DNA from: the human T2T-CHM13v2.0 reference genome, Homo sapiens
Direction: 5' to 3' (one strand)
Length of the DNA: 64,000 bases
Assembly: GCF_009914755.1 (NCBI RefSeq)
Contig: NC_060947.1
Shown here: positions 1 to 12,654 of the stretch, one piece after another
Numbering within the stretch: position 1 is the stretch's first letter
Layout: every line of letters begins with the position of its first letter
Notes under the pieces: generated by a model
Databases searched by the model: none
What the model was told of the DNA's origin: nothing
What the model saw: the letters and a program-made list of their open reading frames with translations, nothing else
Made by a program: the position numbers and the translations under genes

Positions 1-8
1 AGTGAACC

Positions 9-612
9 TGTGGAAAACCAAAATAGGCCACCCCAATATATATTTCTTTGACATATTTGGAGATGGCTAGTCAGAGGAGCTGTATAGCTCTGAAAATAGC
101 TCTGAAAGTCTGTCCTTTCTTAGGGAAGATTTACACCTGTAGAAAAAAATCTACATTAGTAAGGCGAACGGGATGCTTGGCAGAGGCTTTCTCTGAGGCC
201 CCCTTATCTGCCTAAGAAGTTTGTAAAAAAGATTCACTCACAGAAAAAGGAGGCTAAAGGTCTGATAGCTTTTAAATCTCTTACAGAGAAACTTTTGCCA
301 CAGGATACATCTATTCTTTCTTAGGACTAGTACCTAGGACACTATCTGCCTAACAAGAAAGCCTTTGCTTGCCATGCTTCTCTTCAACCTTACATAATTT
401 CAAGGAGCTTCAAGCCCCTACCCCTTTATGGTATAAAAACTTCAGTTACCTGGCCCTTCTTTGAATTTCATATTTTGTGTAACAGCAGTGCTCTTGCACC
501 TTAATACATTTTTATGACTTTTTCCTGTTAATCTGTTCATTGTCAGTTTATTTCAGCAGAATTAAAGACTCAAACCTTCAGAGGAGGAAGAATAAATTTC
601 CTTCACCCTTAC
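9..612 (+). mobile_element. Solo ERV1-class LTR, MER34-like
   Basis: Starts TGTGGAAAACCAAAATAGGCCACCCCAA...TTTGACATATTT...GATGGCTA and ends ...TTTTCCTGTTAATCTG...AAACCTTCAGAGG...CCTTAC. Both termini resemble MER34-group LTRs; TATAAAA at ~433. Confidence 0.7.
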
Positions 613-770
613 CTAAAGTAATGAGAAAATTCTCAGTATACTTTGATTATAGTGGTCACTGAAAATAACAGCGCAGAATGGTGCTTTTGAGTGAAATATG
701 GTAAGCCCATACTGTAGATATTTACAGGGTCCTTTTGACAAATAATTGTGATGCTTGTTTGTTACATAGT

Positions 771-1308
771 AGGAGAATCACTTGAACCTTCTAGGCGGAG
801 GTTGCAGTGAGCCAAGATCATGCCACTTGTTAAAGGATACTAAATATGGTCTGAAAAGGACTCCATACTTCTATATTTGAGTCCTTGTGGATGAAGTGTA
901 ACCTAGCTTAATAGACAAAACTGAAAACCTAACTTAGTAGTATGCCCCTGTAACAAAAGCTGAGTGTTGGCTAATCCCAGCAGCCATACTTCAACCACTC
1001 ATAGACTGCAGAATGTTCAAACTGCATTCAAATAAGCCAAATGCCGAGTTGTAACCAATCTCACTGTTTCTGTACCTTACTTCTGATTCCTATACGTCAC
1101 TTTACCTTTTTGTCTATAAATTTGTTCTGACCATGAGGCATCCCTGGAGTCTCTGTGAATCTGCTGTGATTCTGCGGGCTACCCAATTCGTGAATCATTC
1201 ATTACTCAGTTAAACTCCTTTAAATTTAATTCGACTGAAGTTTTTCTTTTATCACACTGCACTCCAGCCTGGGCAACAGAGCAACACTCTGTCTCAAAAA
1301 ACAAAACA
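771..1308 (+). mobile_element. 5'-truncated Alu right arm split by an LTR (Alu parts 771-827 and 1255-1308)
   Basis: AGGAGAATCACTTGAACC...GAGCCAAGATCATGCCACT resumes after the LTR as CACTGCACTCCAGCCTGGGCAACAGAGC, followed by an A-tail. Confidence 0.9.
828..1254 (+). mobile_element. Solo MER57A-type ERV1 LTR
   Basis: TGTTAAAGG...AAGGACTCCATACTTCTATATTTGAGTCCTTGTGG...GTTTTTCTTTTATCA; TG...CA ends; 4-bp TSD CACT (824-827 and 1255-1258). Confidence 0.88.
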
Positions 1309-2020
1309 ATTCTAACAATACAGATAAGTCACAATTTCTACCTGTATGATATTCCCTCATAATTCAGATCCATCCTCAGAGATAATCACAATAAATAGGG
1401 TATATCATTTTAAAGCTAATGCTAGGGTTTCTTATACATAGAGGTGCTATAAAAATATATTGTAATTATTAATCATAATGGCTAGTGAGGTGCATATTAT
1501 TTTGCCATATTATTTTGCTACTTCATAACATGAATGCAGGATCTTTCTATGATAACACATTTAGATGTACTTCACCTGTGGAACTACCCAGTAGCATGTA
1601 TGTGCCATGATTAATTTAGCCATCTCCTTCCAGTGTGCACATAATTAGTTTACTCATTTATTGCTATAACTTACAGAACTGAAATATTCTGAACATAAAA
1701 TATTAAGCTAAAGCCTATTCTGATAGCAAAGTGGAAATTAGGTTAAAGTGGGTAGTGTGTGGAGATTTTAAATTTGTATAAATATTACAAAAATTTCATC
1801 CCCCAAATGTTTACCCATTCATATTCTCACAAAGCAATGCATGTAAATATTATAAATATACATATTTTATTTTATAAACCAAAATGCTTAATTTTAGTGC
1901 TTCTCAAATTAGATTCAATTAGAATGACCAGGTGATAGGGAATGGGGCCAGATGAGACACTCACACTTAGTATTGGATGAGGATCCAGGGGGAAATCAAT
2001 TTTCAGGGTTCATGAAAGAG

Positions 2021-2049
2021 ACCACATGAACCACATGAACCACATGAAC
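2021..2049. repeat. Short tandem repeat (ACCACATGA)x3
   Basis: Read directly from the sequence. Confidence 0.9.
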
Positions 2050-2110
2050 ATCAACAAAACCAAGTCTAGAGAGCCCAGAGCAGGATGGTAGTCACAATTC
2101 TGAATGCAGA

Positions 2111-2463
2111 TGATGTGGTTTGGCTGTGTCCCCACCCAAATCTCACCCTAAATTGTAATAATCCCCAAGTGTCAAGGGCGGGGCCAGGTGGAGATAATTG
2201 AATCATGGGGGCAGTTTCCCCCATACTGTTCTTGTGGTAGTGACTAAGTCTCACAAGATCTGATGGCTTTATAAATGGGAATTCCCCTGCACAAGCTCTG
2301 CCGTCTGCCATGTAAGACATGCCTTTGCTTCTCCTTTGCCTTCCGCCGTGATCATGATGCCTCCCCAGCCATGTGGAACTGTGAGTCCATTAAACCTCTT
2401 TCCTTTATAAATTACCCAGTCTTGGGTATGTCTTTATTAGCAGCATGAAAACGGACTAATACA
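2111..2463 (+). mobile_element. Solo THE1 (MaLR) LTR
   Basis: TGATGTGGTTTGGCTGTGTCCCCACCCAAATCTC...GGACTAATACA; perfect 5-bp TSD GCAGA (2106-2110 and 2464-2468). Confidence 0.95.
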
Positions 2464-3139
2464 GCAGAGTTTAGTGTAGGATGGAGAAAGGACTAGAAGA
2501 GAAGGTGGGGGATCTGGGTGGAGGGTCCAGGGCAACTCAAATGACTAGGTTTGGGGAATCTGAATCACCAGTAATAGCTAGATGTGGTATGGTTATGAGA
2601 GTGGACAGGTCTACTGGATGACAAAAAACAGAGGCATTGCAGACACCCATCATCCTTTAGAATGTCTCTGTCTACTGTCAGGCAAAGTATAGTTGTCTCT
2701 TCTGCAATATCCAGTAATGTTATTGGTCATTTCTAGGAAAGCTACATGTCTTGACTTCTCTGTTTGAACACTTGCCAGTTTTTCAGGACTTGGACCTGTC
2801 TTGATTCATGCTGAAAATGGATATTTCATCCTTTGTACAGTAGACCCTCTCCACTGTGATCAGAGATATGAAAATGGTAGTGAGTAATGAAAGACATTTG
2901 AGACACATCAAAAATACCAATGAGCAGTGGAAGGCAGTATCCAACTGCAAGGAGGAAATTAGAAAGTATTTACCCTAGTAGTAATGTTTTCAGTTTCTTT
3001 GTAGATACTGGGCTTGGTATGGACATGTCTCTTAAAACAATCCAGACAGAGTTAGACCCTGTGAAGACTGTACTCTTCCTTTCTGAACTGACTAGGGGAA
3101 AATGAGATGTGAGGGGCCCAATGAAGGAATCATCACACA

Positions 3140-3676
3140 TATTACTCAGACAAAACTAGGGTCCACCTGCTGGGTCTCACAGTCCAGCAAAATGCAGACA
3201 GACTGGGAAATAAGAGAGTTTACTTCTGTAACCAGCCCCAGGGAGAAGGTTAGGGAAATTCACCAGACCAACTCAAAGTTACAAGTTTTTCTTCAGGATT
3301 TATATACATTTAAGCTATATGCCTACATGCGGGTGTGCATCTACAAGCAGGAGTGTTTTACTGAATCTATAGCTAATCTTTAACTAGGGTCTGGGGTCTG
3401 GTAAGTTTCTCTAGGGCCTTGGGAAAATTTCTTAATCTTAAGTGGACCCTGGTACCAGGTGTGTGTGTAAGAATGCTTTTATCATTGGATCAGACGTTAG
3501 GGTCTGAAAAATCCCAGACAGGGTCTTAATGGGTTTGTTTTCACATTCCAGCCCTTGTACTCAGGCACCAGTTTCTCCAGTTCTTTAATGTTTAACTTAT
3601 ACATTCATCAGAGTTATAGTAAAGGGTTAGTGGAAACTGGCTTCTCTGGTTGCTAATGGAAACCTGGCCGGCCAAA
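3140..3676 (-). mobile_element. Solo ERV1-class LTR (MER4-group, possibly MER67-like)
   Basis: Minus strand begins ..GGCCGGCCAGGTTTCCATTAGCAACCAGAG and has LTR-like TATA and polyA-type motifs; subfamily uncertain. Confidence 0.55.
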
Positions 3677-5809
3677 ATATCACCTTATTACAGGCATCTC
3701 TAACTCCAAGACACTGCTTGGGCCTGGGGAGGAGAGATCCATAATTATATTTTCAAGGAAAGTTTCCCAAGGGAATTCTCAAATTAGATCAGCAGTTACA
3801 ACTTAACACATTGAGTTTCTTTCTTGGATTCAGAAGAACTTGCCAAGTGGTAAGCTCCAAATTTTGAGTCTTTAAATGTGAGCCTGTGGTACTTTAATTC
3901 ACTCATTCTTTCATTGATTCATCTAGCAAACAATGTCAAACATATGCTGAGGGTGCATCATGGACCATAAATGGGAATGTGTTGAAAGATGAAAATCACT
4001 ATTTTCAAAATTCGATGAGAACTCCGGTAATTACCAAGGAAACTTACTGTGTTTTTGCTGAAGTCTGACTTTGACTTCTCTGAAGATTTGGGCATCACAG
4101 GCTGCTCAAATACTTACAGGTATCATTTATAAAAGGAGTAAGCTTTTTAAAATTAGTTAATTTATTTATATCTGATGTTCATTAAGATGCCAGATAATTT
4201 TAATTATCATTTATCTACAACATATTTGTTGCCACTTTCCAATTTTAGGAAAGAAATTTTGGAAATCATAGTAGAGTCCACATGAACTGTTATTGTTTGA
4301 TACTCTTGGAGCTCTCATAACCAGCCCTGAGATCTTAAGGAAGCCACTAAGTCTTATTACATTTATGACAAAATGACCTTGAATATATCTATTCCACCAA
4401 ACTTTAGTATTTCATGAAGCAGTAGTGACAGGTGGTTAGAAAAAAAAGCGAACTATTCTATAGAAGCATCCCAGCATTAAAGAAATACATAATTCAGTAA
4501 AAGAATAATGACAAGTAGACAAACCACAGTGTTATTAGGTAAAAGATGGCAAGGTATTCAAACAAAAGTTCGAGGGAGGAAGTGACATTTGAAATAGGCC
4601 TTGAAGTATGCTAAAATTTTGAAAAGGTTGTTTTTGGGGCAAGAGAAAAGTTATATTCCATCAGAAAAAGAAAGTGGTGTAAGGCAAGGAGATAGGTAAG
4701 CTAAGTGTTTTTTCGGGAAAAAAGAAGTATGATTTGAGTCATCCATAAGAAAAGAGAAAGCAAGTAATGAGTGATAAGATTTAGGAGTGCTGGGGCCACA
4801 TTATGAAGGGCTTGAATGCCAGGATGAGGGGTCTTATTTATAAACAAAGAATAACATGACAAGCATACCAATTCAGGCAGATCAGACAGTAGTATTTGGG
4901 GGAAGTACTTTTCCCAAGAAAGCTGTATTAAAAAGCAGAAAAAGTAATTATACTGATAAACAAGATAAATTAGAGATTGGGACTGAAATGCGTTTGAGCT
5001 GAAATACAAAAAGGCAGAGAAATAATAGTAGAGATAATAAATGGTCACAATATGTACTGGAGCCAAAAAAAGGGCTAGTATCAGAAAAGGGGGGTGTTCT
5101 TTCTATCAGTTTATACAGTGCCTAAGGTCTTCTAGAAAGGAAAGAGCTATATGCTCACTTTGGCATCACATAAACTAGAATTGAAATAAACAGACTAGAG
5201 GTAGTGGGGGAAAATTATTAACTGCAAAGTATTAACATTGCTGTGAGGCAGGAATACAGAGATGTATACATTGCCACCAATTCAGCCACCAACTCTGTCA
5301 TTTTCAAAGTACAAGGAGTTCTCTGCACTCCATGAAATGAAGATCTACTATGTCTTAATGACACATAATCCACTTGCCAAAAAGAGTCCGGGTCTGACCT
5401 TGAAAACCCAGATAGTGTGAGAGCCAAGCAGACCAAAAGAAGTGTCATGTGGAAATAATACACTTGACTGTGATATTTGGCATCAATTAATGGAAAATAA
5501 TGTTCTCTCTGATAATCTGCGGATCTACACTTCCTCATATACTCTTCTTCTGCGGAAGAAGAGAAGGGCATATTCATTCTTGTTTTATTAATAGGAAGTA
5601 AAGCTTACCAAAGGAAGAAGGAGGTTGTTAGCAAGAAAATAGGAAAGTGACCTGTTCTAATAGAGAGGAAAGCAGACTGGGTATGATTTGAAGAAAATGG
5701 GGACACACCTAATGCCAAAGTATCTTCTCAGTATTCTGTTATCTCACATTTATTCAATAGAGACAATATTAGACAACAGACATAGAGAGATTATTTCAGA
5801 AAAAATCAA

Positions 5810-6154
5810 TTTTTTTTTTTTTTGAGATAAAGTTTCTCTCTGTTACCCAGGCTGGAATGCAGTGACGTAATCATGGCTCAGCTCACTGCAGCTTCAACCT
5901 CCTGGGCTCAGGTGATTCTCCCATCTCAGCTTCCCCAGTAGTTGGAACTATAGACACAGGCCACCACACCTGGCTAATGTTTTTGTTTGTTTGGTTGGTT
6001 GGTCGGTTTCTTTCTTTCTTTCTTTTTTTTTTTTTTTTTGAGACAGGATTTTGCTATGTTCCCCAAACTGGTCTTGAATTCCTGGACTCAAGCAATGCAC
6101 TGCCTCAGCCTCCAAAAGTGCTGGGATTACAGGTATGAGCCACCACACCCAGCC
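5810..6154 (-). mobile_element. AluJ-type element with an expanded central A-rich linker
   Basis: Poly-T, two Alu arms, AluJ-like CTCCTGGGCTCA, and a long (T/GGTT/CTTT) linker at ~5980-6040. Confidence 0.92.
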
Positions 6155-6355
6155 AACAGCAAAATTTACACTTATATTTTAAATTTTGTTTGATTCTCAG
6201 ATTTACTTTTAAACCATTAAGAGAAGGAGAAGTTAATTTCAAAGTGAGAAATGTGGCCCTGCTGGGCCTTGTGTGATGAACCAGCCTGCAAGTGTGAACC
6301 AAAGAAATCAATCTTAGGTGATGGGAAATGTGTTTATTGGAGCAAGAGGTAACAT

Positions 6356-6784
6356 TGTTACTGAAACACCGGGGTTTGGTCTAGGACCCATCATTTGCCA
6401 CACAGAATGCCAATCGCTGAGACAATGAGTATTTACCAAGGACGAAGGCTTTAATTGGTGTTGCAGCGGAGGAGAACCAGAGATCTATCTGAAATAATCT
6501 CCCTGAACCAATTAAAATTGGGTTGTTATATAGAGAGGGAGGTGGGAAAATTAGGGAAAGGTAAGGAAGCAATCATGATGGATAAGAGGTCTGGTGTCTC
6601 ATTGTCTGGATGTGGTGATCTGATTAATTTCAGCTCCTTGCCTGAGGGACGATTTTGTGAGGAAGGAATTTAGGTAAGACAAATGTAAGTTTCAAGTTTT
6701 AAGACCAAGAGGGTCAACTTCTATGTTTATTTGAAAAAAAAAAACAGTAAATATCAGTTCTATGGGACAATTGGGTCAGTTTCA
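6356..6784 (-). mobile_element. 3' LTR (MER31A-like)
   Basis: TGTTACTGAAACACC...TCAGTTCTATGGGACAATTGGGTCAGTTTCA is the reverse of a MER31A-like LTR. Confidence 0.85.
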
Positions 6785-7160
6785 CCCCCCTTTTCTATTT
6801 TTCAATTTCTCAATCATGGGAAATCTGGTAGTCAGTCTTTCTGGGTGCTTTATGCTGGGGAGGGGCATCGTGGGATAATAATGAAGAATAAAACATTACC
6901 CCTGTAACTGGAAGTACTCACAAGTATTTGGTCAGCATTTCACTTATTGGATAGCCATGATCTGGGTACATTTATCTTTATTTTGGAACAGCTTACCATA
7001 TTCACTGAGATGATTAATAACACAGATAACTCAAATTTTAAAAATGCCAAAGCTAGGGTCTTTGGCTGGTCTTTGAATAAGTCCATCTGAGGGTTCTCAA
7101 GACCATGTCTGTTTCCCCTGGAAGGATCCCAGAGGGACTGGTTTTACCTGAATATAATAC

Positions 7161-7559
7161 ATAAAGCCAGTTGCCCATGGCTTGCATATGAAGTATATCA
7201 ACTGCTTCATCTGGGGTGCTCCACTTGACATTGATAAGTGAAGTTGGTCAGTTCCTTTTCTCAGGGTAAAAAGATCTTACAGCGACTTGTGTCCAGTCCA
7301 TGAGGCTGGCTATTTTCTCATGAATAACCTTCTGTGTGTCTGAGTCTTATATACCCATCTGTGATTGTTCAATAGAGAATTATGTGTCCTGCCTCAACCA
7401 AAACATGCTCTTCCATTCTCCAGCATTTAAAACCAAAGACATTGCTTCCAAATTAGTTACTCTCATAGTCCATTTTAGAAAAGGTTTCTCAGGAAGCTGA
7501 TTATACCAGTCTACAAAATGGAACAATTCTTTCACATTATATCATCTGGTTTCAATAGT
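7161..7559 (-). pseudogene. Degenerate ERV-L-like (class III) gag/capsid fragment inside the provirus
   Basis: Manual translation gives one frame of 133 codons with 4 stops: TIETR*YNVKELFHFVDWYNQLPEKPFLKWTMRVTNLEAMSLVLNAGEWKSM...ASLMDWTQVAVRSFYPEK...WSTPDEAVDILHMQAMGNWLY. Motif spacing follows ERV-L Gag. Confidence 0.65.
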
Positions 7560-9035
7560 TATTGAAATGTTTGGCTCTGCACTTTTGCCACATTGACTAC
7601 CTTGTTGGAAACCATAGATTTCAAGAGGCATTTTCTGGTTCCCTGGTGTGATTTTCCCTTTTGTGGGTAGGCTTGAGGCTAGTAATCAGAGCTCAGACAG
7701 ACCCATATCTGAGCTTGGTCCAGGCTCAAGGCTTAATTCAGTATTCTCTTTACTTTCATTTTATCCATTATAGATAACAATAACCAAGAGATTGAATTTC
7801 ACTTTTTCCTCATTAGTTTGCATTTCCTCATGCATCTATGAACCATCTCTCAAAGAACTGGATCCATCTTTAAATTTTATTGATAACTTAAACCTTTAAT
7901 AACTGAATGCAGAACAACTGAGGCTCCATACCATGGATGATCAGGGTGCCACCCAAGAATCGAAGGTTAATCTAATAGCAAGTGTACTATGGTTTTCTTC
8001 TTAAACATATTTTTTCTTTCTGTAGTACCCCATTTATACCAAAGACAAATCATAGTAGGACTAATTTATTTGAAAAATAAGTTTTAGTCTTATTATACTT
8101 GGCCTGATCATTTGCATAAAGCACAGCAATAATTAATGTCCATGTAGTCTCTTTTAAATTGTTTTTGCTGGAACTTTTTATTTTTATTTAAAATTTATTT
8201 CAAATAAATTTATTTCAGATTAAATTTTTAAAGGCCTCTCAAGTCCAGCCAAGGATTTTCTGTGCCTGCAGATATCATTATGAATTTAGTTAATTCCTCT
8301 CTTCTCGAGAGGAATTTACTAAATTCCCAAATATTATTCCCAAAATAACTCAAGATTCTTGGGCCTGTCAGAAAGTGACATTATTTACTTACCACAGGTC
8401 AGAAACCCTACTAAGGAGCTTGTGTAGTCTTTCCAAGGGACTTTTATCAGCTCTATAAGTCGACCTCAATTTCTCAAAAAATTCTGCTCATTTTTGAAAA
8501 TATCATTCCAGTCAAACCCTTGGTAAAATAACCAGTGCCTCCAATTGTGTCCTTTCATTTAAAAAAAAAAAAAGCAGATTCTTATTGAATGTATGCAAAT
8601 AACTATTTTGCTGTGAATTAACCATATTCACAAATAGTTTCAGAATTCTGGGGAAATCAGGCAGAGAGAGAGAGAAATATACTTAAAATTCTGTTTTCAA
8701 ATATATATTCTACTCAATTGTTAAAGGTTATGAATAACTCAAAAAATCTTTTCTTTACTCTGAAAACAAAATGAATTGGCAATGTCTCAAACCAAAAAAG
8801 CCACAAAAAATATTTCAGTCCTCTATTAGTTCAGTGCCTGCATTTAATTCTTGTTCTGCTTCATATTAGGTTAGCAATCTTTATGAACACATCAGCATTT
8901 TAATTAGAGTTTTGGAAGTTTTCTCTCTAGTCCAATGGTACAATCTCCAATATTACCAGAAAACTGTACTCAAGAGTTATTTTCATGAATTCCCCTAAAG
9001 AAGTAGGTTTTGGACTGTAGCTAACTGAAAGCTGA

Positions 9036-9357
9036 TTTTTTTTTTCTTTTTCTTTTTTCTTTTCTTTTTTTTTTTTTTTTTTTGAGAAAGGATCTTACTT
9101 TGTCACACAGGCTGGAGTGCAGTGGTGTGATCACGGCTCAGTGTAGCCTCAACCTCCTGGGCTCAAGTGATCCTCTCACCTCAGCCTCCTGAGCAGCTGT
9201 GATGATTGGCACACACCACCATGCTCAGCTAATTTTTTGTAGAGATGGGGTTTCATCACATTCCCCTGGCTGATCTTGAATTCCTGAACTCGAGCAATCT
9301 GCCCACCTTAACCTCCCAAAGTGCTGGGATTACAGGTGTGAGCTACCTTGCCTGGCC
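9036..9357 (-). mobile_element. AluJ inserted in the proviral internal region
   Basis: Full dimer; TSD-like AAGCTGATTTTT / AAGCTGCTTTTT. Confidence 0.92.
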
Positions 9358-11178
9358 AGTAAGCTGCTTTTTTGAGAAGAATCAAAGTAAAACAATAATT
9401 GTAGAAGACAAAAGTCTTAGGACAGCCATAGTTAAAGACACAATTGACAAGAAATTTTGGTTATTTCTGTGACATACAACAATTTAACATAATCATCATA
9501 ATTAATATTAGCAACATATCAGAATTTGATATGTTGTTAAGACAACTAATACACATCAGAATTTTAGGAAGCTCATACAGTTTTGTAACACATATTAATA
9601 ACACATTTATATAAATATAACCCAAAGTAAGTTAAATATTATTTTACATTGGACAATACTTCCTGTATAAGTTTAACATACCAAAAAAAGCCTAATATGT
9701 CTCTCTTTGGTTTCTATTATCTAAAAAATCTTGGACCCTATTATCTAAAAAATTAGATTAGTTTGAAGTCAAAAAGACTGAATTTAGAACATTAAATTTT
9801 TGCTTTTAGAAAGTTTGTCAAGTATCAAAGGTACAAAACATTTGATATCACAAAATAGCATCACAGGTCACTCATTTAGCCAAAATGATACTTCAAAGAT
9901 TAAAAAAAAAAAAAGAAACCTTTATTATTTAATAGAGATGAGACTCAGTTTCTAAAACAATAAAACCTAAGAAAGCATGAAGCCAACTAAATCTGTCTCT
10001 CTCTTCCCTTTTACCTGCAGTTTACTCAAAAGGTAAACAAAAATCTTTTATTATCTCTTATTAATATTACATGAAAATTTTGTTCAAAAGAGAACAAATC
10101 TCACCTGTGTGTGATGTATCATTAATGTTAAAGCTAATTTTTACAAAACCTTTTGAATAAATCTATCTAATTTTTATCAGTTTAACCACAAGGTAATATT
10201 TCCATAAACCTTTTGGGACCTGTTACAATTTTCTATTGAAGAGTAGATCAATACTCTAAGAAAAGCCTGTTATTCCAACACAGGGCCCCAGATGCTAGTC
10301 TTGCATCAATGTGCCTTTGATATTAATATTTAATTTATGGAAAAACTCAACTAATTTTGTCCCTCAAAATCAGCCCTTACAATCTTATGTGCCCACTTCC
10401 GCAGTAATCCCCGGGCCTAGCAGGTTTGAATAGCTTTAATATCTGGCCTTGTATCTTATTAAAGCAGTTCATTTTGATTGTTGTCTTCTCCTGGATCTGA
10501 AGACAAGGCTTTGACTGTTGTCAGTGTTCAAGATTTAGCAGGAGTTGGTGCCTTTTTCAGATCCAGGAGTCAAAACCCTGTAGCTTAACAGAACAAAAAA
10601 TTTAAAAGCAATACGGAAAATTACATGGATATAAAAACCTTCATTCTTTTAAATTTCAGTTTTCCTATGCAATTAAAAACCTAATAGCAATGATATAGGA
10701 ACTTTCTCAATAAAATGTAAGACCTGTTACTTAGGCCAGTTACCAAAAGGCAAAGGAAGAACTTCTGCAGCATGATTGCTTCTCCTTATGGGAAGTTCAT
10801 TTAAGTAACCTGAAAGTCAAACCTGATGAACTATTTAGACATATCAAGAAAAACCAAGAGTACAAAATGAAGTTATACTGGAGGAAAATGTTGCTTTTCT
10901 AGACTTTCAGGATAAATAGTTTAGCATCAAGCCACAATAGCAGTTAGAACCAGAGGGAGGAAAAATTGCAGGAGCTGACAAAAGAAGTTGAAAGAGACAG
11001 TTATTATCTCAGGCCTTTTCAAGGGGAAAAAAAAATTGAATGCAGCAAGACACGACAAAGTTGCACTTCTGAGATAAGAATTCTGAGAAGTTTTAAAAAG
11101 AAACAGATTATACAATCAAAATCCAAACCTCATGTACAAGATCGTTTCACATACAAAATTATTCTATTTTCCTTATAA

Positions 11179-11691
11179 TAGAAGCAGACAGGGAAGTTTT
11201 CTCCAGGTATAGGAATTTAATTAACCTGATCAATCAGCCTGTTTTATGGCTTCCTGCCCTTAAGCCTATTCTTCCCCAAACCCTGGGTAGAATAGGGTCA
11301 ACTCCTTGGTTTAAGTCAGCTCCTGAGATACCCCTGAGAACTTGTAGATGAACTCAAGTGAACTTGCCTCATTACTATGCTAAAGTCTTCATCTTGGGAG
11401 GAGCTATAACTTTATGACTGTAACATGCAACCTATGTGCTGACATGATGATTCACAGCATCTGCACCACTGGGGCTCCTCTTTTACATGCATTGACATAC
11501 GCTTTCACCTCTCAATCACCCCATGAGATCCTCCTGTCACTTTCCTGGGGGGCACTGTTAATGAAGAATATTTCCAGTATCCTCTTTACTTGAACCAAGT
11601 AATAAAACTCTTACTGATCAAAATCTGCATTCCTGTAGACAGTCCCTTGTTACTCACCAGGTGAATGAAGCCCAGTATTTTTCAGGTAACA
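11179..11691 (+). mobile_element. Solo ERV1-class LTR nested in the provirus (subfamily unassigned)
   Basis: Ends ...CAGGTAACA; AATAAA at ~11601; 4-bp TSD ATAA (11175-11178 and 11692-11695). Removing it rejoins the internal sequence TTCCTTATAA-CCTTCCTTA. Confidence 0.75.
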
Positions 11692-12654
11692 ATAACCTTC
11701 CTTATGAAAAATACATCTTTATATTCATAAGTTTTTTACATCTGTCTCTAAGTTTTTTACATCTCTCACTCCTACTTACTGTTTTCTTTCTTCCTTATTT
11801 CATAAATAACCTTTCTAAGTCCATAATTTGAATCAACCTTTAGATAACTTCTGAATTAGACAAAATTATTCTTTTTCTCAATAAGAACATATTTTCTATG
11901 GCAAATTATATATATAGGATTATATATTAACTAAAATTATAATTCTTAGTTACCTTAAATTTTAGTGAAAAACATAAGAAGCAAGAAATCCTATACTATC
12001 TATTAGATGTTATCATTTTGTAGATGAGAAGATTCCACAACTTTAAAAAGAAATGCCTCTCCATATTATAACCGTTTCTTAATTGGATGTGACACAGACA
12101 TTTAACGAGCATGCAAAATACTCAAAATACTTTCCAGATTTTAAGTTACACGAAATATTTACCTACAGGATTTACCTCATTTATGTTTAATTCAGTTTTT
12201 ATGGTTTATTTAGATTACTTATTAGCAAAGATAAGTTATTAATAACTTATAATTAATAAGTAATTAATAACACAAAGCTAGTTATTATTTTCTTGTTAAT
12301 TATTTTTGTAACCTGTACATATTAGGTGTTCATCTAGGAACCTTAAAGTTAAGCATATGAGTATCTTCACCAATAACTCAGTAGATTCAGCTGTTTTCAT
12401 TAAACTAACAACATTACACTTGTCTTATTTATCCAAAAAACCACACAAAGATCATTTTCTTCTTGGCTTGGTTTACAGTCTTATAATCTTTTGTGCCAAA
12501 CTCTGACACATTAAAATATCTGGCAGAGACAAATATAAAATCCAGATAAAATGTATGCTGACAATTCTGAAGGCATTTCTACTTTTATTTTATCAGTAAT
12601 CCTAAAGCCAGCTTGTTTATTAAATATTTACTTAAATGATATGAACTTGAAAAA

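Noticed and set aside
2640-3100. Unique-looking stretch as a possible exon or pseudogene fragment
   Set aside because: No recognisable peptide in the frames I examined and only weak splice signals.
5218-5577. 119-aa minus-strand ORF in unique sequence, with a nearby acceptor-like CCCTTCTCTTCTTCCGCAG
   Set aside because: No recognisable homology or partner exons; an ORF of this length is expected by chance in 64 kb.
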